Below are positions 56,452 through 63,099 of a stretch of DNA of 63,099 nt, piece after piece (positions within the stretch are counted from its first letter, which is position 1; each line of letters starts with the position of its first letter). Source of the DNA: Clostridia bacterium (lineage in GTDB: Bacteria; Bacillota; Clostridia; Oscillospirales; CAG-382); contig JAFOBR010000010.1 in the NCBI GenBank assembly GCA_017381715.1, forward strand, positions 1-63,099, written 5' to 3'. The position numbers and the translations under genes were made by a program. The notes beneath the pieces were generated by a model. That model was not told the DNA's origin. It was given only the letters and a program-made list of their open reading frames with translations, and ran no database searches.

Positions 56452-57726
56452 TTATTCCTCAATGCGTATGGTTACACTTCTTGCGTGGGCGTCAAGACCT
56501 TCGGCGTTCGCAAAGAAGGCTACCTTTTTGCCGATGTTTTTAAGTGCATCCTTTGTATAATAGGTAAACTGTGATTTTTTAACGAAATCGTCTACAGACA
56601 AGGGGCTTGAAAATCTTGCGGTGCCGCCGGTGGGCAACGTGTGGTTGGGGCCTGCAAAATAATCTCCCAAAGCTTCGGGGCAGTTTCTTCCCATAAATAC
56701 GGAGCCGGCGTTGGTGATCTTATCAAGAATATCAAAGGGCTGGTCAACCATAAGCTCAAGATGCTCGGGTGCAATGTGGTTGGAAACCTCGATCGCATCA
56801 AGCAAATTGTCTGTTACGATGATCTTGCCGTAGTTGTCGATGGATTTTCTTGCTATCTCCTGTCTGGGAAGGAGCGCAAGCTGTTTTTCGATTTCTGCTT
56901 GGGTTGCTTTTGCAAGCTCCATGCTGTCTGTTACAAGAACGGCGCTGGCATTAGCATCATGCTCTGCTTGGGAAAGCAGGTCTGCCGCCACGTGTGCGGG
57001 AACGCTGTTTTTGTCTGCAATAATAAGAATTTCACTGGGGCCTGCGATCATATCAATGGAAACCTGACCGTATACCTGCTTTTTTGCCTCTGCAACAAAT
57101 GCGTTGCCGGGACCTACTATTTTGTCTACCTTGGGAATTGTTTCGGTACCGTATGCAAGGGAAGCAATGGCTTGCGCTCCGCCTACCTTAAAAATGCGGT
57201 CAACTCCGGCGGTCTTTGCGGCGGCAAGAATAACGGGGTTAACCTTACCGTCTTTACCGGGAGGAGTAGTCATAACTATTACGGGACAGCCTGCGATCTT
57301 TGCGGGAATACTGTCCATAAGTACGGTGGAGGGGTAAGCTGCCGTTCCGCCGGGAACGTAAAGCCCAACCTTTTCTATGGGTGTTACCTTCTGACCTATA
57401 ACCACACCGTCTTTTTCGCTTATAACAAAGCTGTTGCGAACCTGCTTTTGGTGAAATGCTCTTATATTTTCTGCGGCTTCTTTAAGAATTTCAAGAAATT
57501 CTTTATCAACGGAAGCGAAGGCTTCTTCGATTTCCGCTTCGCTTACTTCCAAGGAAGAAAGGGCAGCTTTATCAAACTTTTCGGTATATTCGAAAACAGC
57601 TTTATCTCCGCTTTGTCTTACGTTTGCAATAATTTCTTTAACCGGCTCGGTTACTCCGGTAATATATTCCTGCCGTTCAAATATTCTGTCTGCAGGAATT
57701 TTTCCGTATTCATATATGCGTATCAT
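56452..57726 (-). CDS. hisD: Histidinol dehydrogenase
   Basis: YVPGG, GPGN, AGPSE, QAEH, PEHL, GPNHTLPT. Confidence 0.97.
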   Translation of the reverse strand: MIRIYEYGKIPADRIFERQEYITGVTEPVKEIIANVRQSGDKAVFEYTEKFDKAALSSLEVSEAEIEEAFASVDKEFLEILKEAAENIRAFHQKQVRNSFVISEKDGVVIGQKVTPIEKVGLYVPGGTAAYPSTVLMDSIPAKIAGCPVIVMTTPPGKDGKVNPVILAAAKTAGVDRIFKVGGAQAIASLAYGTETIPKVDKIVGPGNAFVAEAKKQVYGQVSIDMIAGPSEILIIADKNSVPAHVAADLLSQAEHDANASAVLVTDSMELAKATQAEIEKQLALLPRQEIARKSIDNYGKIIVTDNLLDAIEVSNHIAPEHLELMVDQPFDILDKITNAGSVFMGRNCPEALGDYFAGPNHTLPTGGTARFSSPLSVDDFVKKSQFTYYTKDALKNIGKKVAFFANAEGLDAHARSVTIRIEE

Positions 57727-58358
57727 TTGTTTTCCACCTGCTTTGCCATTTCGGATACAATGGCGTCGATTTCATTGTTTTTAAATTTATAGCTGACCTT
57801 ATTTACGATAAGCCGTGCGCTTATGGGAACTACGTCTTCTATTACCTCAAGGTTATTCTCTCTCAAGGTACTGCCGGTTTCGACAATATCCACGATAACA
57901 TCGGAAAGATCCAAAATAGGCGCCAGCTCTATAGAACCGTTAAGGTTAATAATATCTATATCACGGCATTTTTTATCATAAAAGCACTGTGCTATATAAG
58001 GGAATTTGGTTGCCACCCGCAATGTGGATGTTTTGGAATCGGTAAAGCCTTTTTTTGCGGCAACCGCCATTCTGCATTTTCCCATATTAAGATCCAAAAG
58101 CTCGTACACATCCGGTCTGTATTCAAGAATAATATCTTTGCCCGCAACACCGATATCGGCGGCGCCTCTTTCAACGTAAATTGAAACGTCGGAAGGCTTT
58201 ACCCAAAAATAACGTATACACTTTTCTTCATTTTCGAAAAGAAGCTTTCTGTTTGTTTCTTCGATAGAAGGACATTCGTAGCCTGCGGCTTTGAACATAT
58301 TGTAGACCTTTTCACCCAGTCTGCCTTTGGGTAATGCTATATTAACAGTTTTCTTCAA
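57723..58358 (-). CDS. hisG: ATP phosphoribosyltransferase, short form
   Basis: ALPKGR, ATKF, GSIELAP, DIVETG.TL. Confidence 0.96.
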   Translation of the reverse strand: MKKTVNIALPKGRLGEKVYNMFKAAGYECPSIEETNRKLLFENEEKCIRYFWVKPSDVSIYVERGAADIGVAGKDIILEYRPDVYELLDLNMGKCRMAVAAKKGFTDSKTSTLRVATKFPYIAQCFYDKKCRDIDIINLNGSIELAPILDLSDVIVDIVETGSTLRENNLEVIEDVVPISARLIVNKVSYKFKNNEIDAIVSEMAKQVENK

Positions 58359-59448
58359 TTAAATTCACCTTTCCGTTCTCTGCCTTGTACAACCTCTTCC
58401 ACATTTTTCCTTCGGGCAGGGAAGCGGTTACCAATAATTTTTCATCTTCGGGAAGAGATTTTATAAAGTTCACAAGCTGGCAAATATTCGTGTTTTCACC
58501 GCGAAGTACTACGGTGTCTATCATCGGAAGCGTATCGGTATTTTCCAATCTGCTTAAAAGATCGGTGTATACCGCAAAGCCAATAGCTTTGCTTTTTCTT
58601 CCCATTTTTTTAAGGAGCTTATCGTACTGACCGCCGGACAAAATACCGGCAGGAATACCTTCTATATACCCCTTGAAAACCACACCGCTGTAATATTTGA
58701 GGTCGTTTCCTACGGAAAGATCAATGTTTATCTTGCCTTCATAACCCCAACCTTCAAGTAGCTTGCAAAGTGAGAAAAGCTCGTTAAGCGCTTCTTTTTC
58801 GTTTTCTTCGGTAAGTGCTTCAAATAAATTTTTATAAACTGTTTCGGGTGCACCGGCGCAGATTATAAGGGAATTAAGCTTGTTTGCTTTCTCTTCGTCA
58901 AGCTCTAAGCCCTTGCAAAGGGATAAAAGCTCGTGGGCGTTTTTGTTTTGCAGGCATTTAACTACCTTATCTTTATCCTTTTTTGAAAGTGCGCAGTTTT
59001 CCAAAACAGAGCTTATAAGCCCCATGTGAGAAATATCGAGAATAAAATCTTCGGAAATCGCAGATAAGCTTTGTGCCGCAAGCAATACCACCTCGGCAAT
59101 CTCGTAATCGCTTAAATCACCTACACACTCAAGCCCCGTCTGCATAATTTCACGGAAAGAGTGTGTTCCGCCGCTTACACGGTACACGTTTTCATTGTAG
59201 TACACCTTTTGTACTTCGCCGCTGATATCGGGGGCATTTTTTATAATGGAAAGGGTAACGTCCGGCTTCATTGCAAGAAGCCTGCCGCTTCTGTCTGTAA
59301 AGGTTATAACCTCATCGGAAATAAGGAAATCTTTGTTTGCAACGTATAGATCGTATTCCTCAAATCTGCTCATTTTATAACGGGTATATCCGTATTTTTC
59401 AAATAATTCTCTTAAAGCGAATACCGCTTTTTCGTCACGGCGCATCAT
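58342..59448 (-). CDS. hisZ: ATP phosphoribosyltransferase regulatory subunit
   Basis: HisRS-like fold motifs: KPDVTLSI, Q.GLE, YYSG, GGQYD, AIGF. Confidence 0.92.
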   Translation of the reverse strand: MMRRDEKAVFALRELFEKYGYTRYKMSRFEEYDLYVANKDFLISDEVITFTDRSGRLLAMKPDVTLSIIKNAPDISGEVQKVYYNENVYRVSGGTHSFREIMQTGLECVGDLSDYEIAEVVLLAAQSLSAISEDFILDISHMGLISSVLENCALSKKDKDKVVKCLQNKNAHELLSLCKGLELDEEKANKLNSLIICAGAPETVYKNLFEALTEENEKEALNELFSLCKLLEGWGYEGKINIDLSVGNDLKYYSGVVFKGYIEGIPAGILSGGQYDKLLKKMGRKSKAIGFAVYTDLLSRLENTDTLPMIDTVVLRGENTNICQLVNFIKSLPEDEKLLVTASLPEGKMWKRLYKAENGKVNLIEENC

Positions 59449-59744
59449 TATATTTCATCTCCGCTTTCTTTAAGTCTGTCAAGTACTATACGGTATCCGT
59501 CGCTGTAATTTATGCATTTGTTTACTCTGCTTATGGTAGCGGAGCTTGCGCCGGTATCCCGTGAAACGTCATTGTAATTTTTCCCTTTATCAAGCTGTTG
59601 CGCCACGAGAAATCTGAGGGAAAGAGCCTCAAGCTCTTTTATGGTGCAAATATCCTTAAAAAACTTTTCGCATTCCTCGGTAGTCTTTAAAGAAAGTATG
59701 GCTTTATACAAAGCTTCTGTTTCTTGATTATGCATTGATTTCAT
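59448..59744 (-). CDS. YerC/YecD TrpR-like regulator (HisR)
   Basis: FFKDICT..E...R..VA..L..G..Y......TGASSATISRV; first gene of the his operon. Confidence 0.9.
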   Translation of the reverse strand: MKSMHNQETEALYKAILSLKTTEECEKFFKDICTIKELEALSLRFLVAQQLDKGKNYNDVSRDTGASSATISRVNKCINYSDGYRIVLDRLKESGDEI

Positions 59745-59777
59745 TACGCTTCACACCTTAAAAAAAGAATTTTTGCT

Positions 59778-59806
59778 ATTTTAACACTTTAGCGCGCTAA
59801 AGTCAA
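59778..59806 (-). promoter_or_regulatory. his operon promoter overlapped by a HisR operator palindrome
   Basis: TTGACT-N17-TAAAAT; perfect 18-bp palindrome ACTTTAGCGCGCTAAAGT at 59786-59803. Confidence 0.85.
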
Positions 59807-59941
59807 TACTAAAATAACATTATTGTGGTTTTAAAGAATAATATTTTTAAAAAACAGTAAATAAAGTGGATTAAACATCTTGATTTTTTTCTGCATAAGA
59901 AATATAATAAGATGAAAAATTATTCAACGGACGGAAATATT

Positions 59942-60709
59942 ATGCGAATAGTTATTAAAATAGGAACGAGCACATTGGCTCATCCCACGGGCCATCTTAA
60001 CATACGCAGAGTAGAGGAAATGTGCAAAATAATAAGTGATATGAAAAACGCCGGCAATGAAGTTATACTTGTGTCTTCAGGTGCTATCGGAATGGGCGTA
60101 GGTAAATTGGGACTTTCCTCCCGTCCTTCGGATATTCCCACAAAGCAGGCTGCGGCATCGGTGGGACAATGCGAGCTTATGTATACTTATGACAGAATCT
60201 TCAGCCAGTATCATCATACGGTTGCACAGCTTTTGATTACGGGTGAAGACGTAAAGAACGAAACACGGCATAATAATTTTAACAATACATTGGAAAGATT
60301 GCTGGAACTCAATGCAATTCCGGTAATTAACGAAAACGATACCGTTGCCACAGAGGAAATCGTTATCGGAGATAACGATACCCTTGCCGCTATTGTTGCA
60401 AGCTCTGTCAAGGCAGATAAGCTGATTTTACTTTCGGATATCGACGGTCTGTATACCGCAGATCCCCACACGGATCCCCATGCAAAGCTTATTCCTTTTG
60501 TTCATTGTATAGACGATAAGCTTTCCGCCCTTGCAGGCGGTACCGCATCGGGTCAGGGTACGGGCGGTATGGTAACCAAGCTTCAGGCGGCAAAGATATG
60601 TATGGATTGCGGTTGTGAAATGATAATCACAAACGGTAACAACCCGGAAAATCTCTATGATATTCTGGACGGAAAGACCGTAGGCACCACTTTTACGGAG
60701 AGAAAATAA
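59942..60709 (+). CDS. proB: Glutamate 5-kinase (no PUA domain)
   Basis: VIKIGTS, VSSGA, NEND, GDND, GTGGM.TK. Confidence 0.96.
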   Translation: MRIVIKIGTSTLAHPTGHLNIRRVEEMCKIISDMKNAGNEVILVSSGAIGMGVGKLGLSSRPSDIPTKQAAASVGQCELMYTYDRIFSQYHHTVAQLLITGEDVKNETRHNNFNNTLERLLELNAIPVINENDTVATEEIVIGDNDTLAAIVASSVKADKLILLSDIDGLYTADPHTDPHAKLIPFVHCIDDKLSALAGGTASGQGTGGMVTKLQAAKICMDCGCEMIITNGNNPENLYDILDGKTVGTTFTERK

Positions 60710-61959
60710 TGTTAAATTTATTCATTTCGGCAAAGGAAGCAAAACCTCTTGTTTCCGCCTTGACCGAAGAGCAAAAAAATACAGCACTTAAAGAAATGGC
60801 GTTTGCTTTAAGAGAAAACGCAAAAGATATTCTTTTTGCAAACGAAGCGGATATAAAGGCGGCGGAGGGCAAGATTCCCAAGGTTATGCTTGACCGCCTT
60901 ATGCTGGATAATTCCCGTATAGAAGGAATGGCAAAGGGCATAGAAGAGGTAGCCTTGCTTCCCGATCCCGTGGGGCATATTCTTGATACTTATACAAGAC
61001 AGGACGGTCTGCAGATCCAAAAAGTTTCCGTGCCTGTGGGAGTTATAGCAATAATTTACGAAAGCCGTCCCAATGTTACCAGTGATGCCGCCGCGCTTGC
61101 GTTAAAGAGCGGCAACGTATGCATACTTCGTTCGGGAAAAGAAGCGTACAATTCAGCGAAAGCAATAGTAAATGCTTTGAAAAAAGGTCTTGCAAAGGCA
61201 GGCGTAACGGAAAATGCAGTTAACCTTGTTTCCGATCCTTCAAGAGAAAGCGCCAACGCACTTATGACAGCCAACGGATATGTTGATATGCTTATCCCCA
61301 GAGGAGGCGCGGGACTTATTAACGCCTGCGTACGTCAGGCTACCGTTCCCTGCATCGCCACCGGTACGGGAATATGCCATATTTACGTTGAGAAAAGCGC
61401 AGATGCTGACAAGGCTTTAAAGATAATTGAAAACGCAAAAACAAGCCGTCCCAGTGTTTGCAATGCAATGGAGGTCTTGCTGGTGGATGCGGATGTCGCT
61501 CCTGAATTTTTGCCCCGTTTACGCAAGGTTTTGGTAGATGACAGAGCTGCCGCAGGCCTTGTTCCCGTCGAACTCAGGCTGTGCGAAAAGTCAATTAATA
61601 TCATAGGCGGCACGCCTGCGGGAGAAAATGATTTTGACACCGAATTTCTGGATTATATTCTGGCGGTCAAGGTAGTAGAAAACGCAAAAGAAGCTGTTAG
61701 GCACATATCTGCCCATTCTACCGGCCATAGTGAAGCTATTGTATCCGAAGATAAGCAGGCGCAGACGTTTTTCGTCGGTTCTGTTGATAGCGCTGCGGTC
61801 TACGTAAACGCTTCCACCCGCTTTACAGATGGCGGTGAGTTTGGCTTGGGGTGCGAAATGGGAATTTCTACCCAAAAGCTCCACGCAAGAGGTCCTATGG
61901 GGCTTAAAGAGCTTACCACGTATAAATATATAATTCGTGGAGAAGGACACGTAAGATAA
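60709..61959 (+). CDS. proA: Gamma-glutamyl phosphate reductase
   Basis: [35 protein letters not shown]. Confidence 0.97.
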   Translation: MLNLFISAKEAKPLVSALTEEQKNTALKEMAFALRENAKDILFANEADIKAAEGKIPKVMLDRLMLDNSRIEGMAKGIEEVALLPDPVGHILDTYTRQDGLQIQKVSVPVGVIAIIYESRPNVTSDAAALALKSGNVCILRSGKEAYNSAKAIVNALKKGLAKAGVTENAVNLVSDPSRESANALMTANGYVDMLIPRGGAGLINACVRQATVPCIATGTGICHIYVEKSADADKALKIIENAKTSRPSVCNAMEVLLVDADVAPEFLPRLRKVLVDDRAAAGLVPVELRLCEKSINIIGGTPAGENDFDTEFLDYILAVKVVENAKEAVRHISAHSTGHSEAIVSEDKQAQTFFVGSVDSAAVYVNASTRFTDGGEFGLGCEMGISTQKLHARGPMGLKELTTYKYIIRGEGHVR

Positions 61960-61970
61960 AGGAGAACAGT

Positions 61971-62762
61971 ATGAAGTACGGTTTTATCGGTTGCGGTAAT
62001 ATGGGAAGCGCCGTTGCGCTGGCGCTTTCAAAGACCACGAAGGATTTTGCGGTTACCGACCGTTCGGGAAAAGCAAATGCCACTGCGCAAAGCATTGGCT
62101 GTAAGTATACGGATATAAACACGATTGCTCGTGAGTGCGAAAATATATTTCTTTGCGTAAAACCCCAGATGATGGGAGGTATGCTTACAGGAATTTCTGA
62201 GATACTTAAAGAAAAAAAGCCGGTTCTGATCACAATGGCGGCAGGTCTTACCACCGAAAAAATATGTGAAATGGCAGGAGTACAGTTGCCTGTTATCCGT
62301 ATAATGCCCAACACCCCCGTGCTGCTGGGGAAAGGAATAGTTCTGTATTGTGGAAACCAATTGGTTTCGGAGGAACAATTAAAGGGTTTCGTTTCCGACT
62401 TAAGCCATGCGGGACAGCTCGACTATTTGCCGGAAACACTTTTTGATGCGGCTACCTCCTTAACGGGATGTGGTCCCGCTTATGCTTATATGTTTATAGA
62501 TGCTCTTGCGGATGGCGCGGTTTCCTGCGGAGTTCCCAGAACCAAAGCAATTGAATACGCCGCAAACGTACTTATAGGTGCGGCGGAAATGGTTTTATCC
62601 ACAGGAGAGCATCCTGCCAAATTAAAGGACAACGTGTGTTCTCCCGGCGGCAGCACCATAGCAGGTGTAAGAACACTGGAACAGCAAGGATTCAGAGGTG
62701 CTGTTGTGGATTGCATTATAGCGGCAAATGAAAAAAACAAAGAATTAGGTAAAATCAACTGA
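61971..62762 (+). CDS. proC: Pyrroline-5-carboxylate reductase
   Basis: GCGNMG, VKP, RIMPNTP, VCSPGGSTI. Confidence 0.96.
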   Translation: MKYGFIGCGNMGSAVALALSKTTKDFAVTDRSGKANATAQSIGCKYTDINTIARECENIFLCVKPQMMGGMLTGISEILKEKKPVLITMAAGLTTEKICEMAGVQLPVIRIMPNTPVLLGKGIVLYCGNQLVSEEQLKGFVSDLSHAGQLDYLPETLFDAATSLTGCGPAYAYMFIDALADGAVSCGVPRTKAIEYAANVLIGAAEMVLSTGEHPAKLKDNVCSPGGSTIAGVRTLEQQGFRGAVVDCIIAANEKNKELGKIN

Positions 62763-62776
62763 GGAGTTTATAATAT

Positions 62777-63099
62777 ATGAAAAACATAGATTGGTCCAAT
62801 ATAGGATTCGGATATATCAAAACAGATCTTCGTTATGTATCAAATTATAAAAACGGTGAATGGGATAACGGCTGTCTTACAGAAGACGCCAATATTACCA
62901 TGAGCGAATGTGCCTGCGTGCTTCAGTACGCTCAGACCTGTTTTGAAGGACTTAAAGCATATACCACCGCAGATGGAAAGATAGTCTGCTTCCGTCCCGC
63001 TCTTAATGCTGCAAGAATGGCAGATTCCTGCCGCCGAATGAAGATGCCCGTGTTCCCCGAGGAAAGATTTGTAGAAGCTGTTGTAAAAACTGTTGAAGC
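62777..63099 (+). CDS. ilvE: Branched-chain amino acid aminotransferase (5' part, runs off the window)
   Basis: Not in the ORF track. Manual translation MKNIDWSNIGFGY...LQYAQTCFEGLKAY...FRP.LNA.RM; GAGGAG SD. Confidence 0.9.
   Translation, partial: MKNIDWSNIGFGYIKTDLRYVSNYKNGEWDNGCLTEDANITMSECACVLQYAQTCFEGLKAYTTADGKIVCFRPALNAARMADSCRRMKMPVFPEERFVEAVVKTVE

Noticed and set aside
56641-57792. 383-aa antisense ORF
   Set aside because: Shadow of hisD

Overview
Chromosomal segment of a spore-forming Bacillota (Clostridia-like; inferred from gene content, yabPQ and SD/sigA signals). Left third (1-15.6 kb) is accessory: an edge-truncated metallophosphoesterase, a GH26 lipoprotein/His-phosphatase/esterase operon, an AT-rich ECF sigma module, a GNAT, tyrS, nfeD-SPFH, a 1022-aa discoidin-DUF4855 lipoprotein, a cohesin-like anchored protein, and three small hypothetical genes next to tRNA-Leu(GAG) bounded by unusual hairpin/heptamer repeat elements. 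Next come an orphan mazF with a sigF-like promoter and pepF, then a ~27 kb co-oriented housekeeping run (DUF1385-prmC-trmH-dprA-topA-plsX-rnc-radical SAM-smc-ftsY-rdgB-cdaA-cdaR-recJ-rel-dtd-hemZ-yabM-mazG-hup-yabOPQ-divIC-yabR). The right end holds an OmpR two-component system with an 11-bp periodic operator before a repeat-containing secreted protein, the complete his operon with a YerC/HisR regulator and its palindromic box, proBAC and a partial ilvE. I saw no CRISPR array, integrase, transposase or rRNA. The best candidates for something new are the tRNA-Leu-adjacent ACTTCAC+mini-hairpin array with its flanked cargo gene, the antitoxin-less mazF, and a T-box-less terminator leader on tyrS. 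All family calls come from motif recognition by eye; no searches were run.
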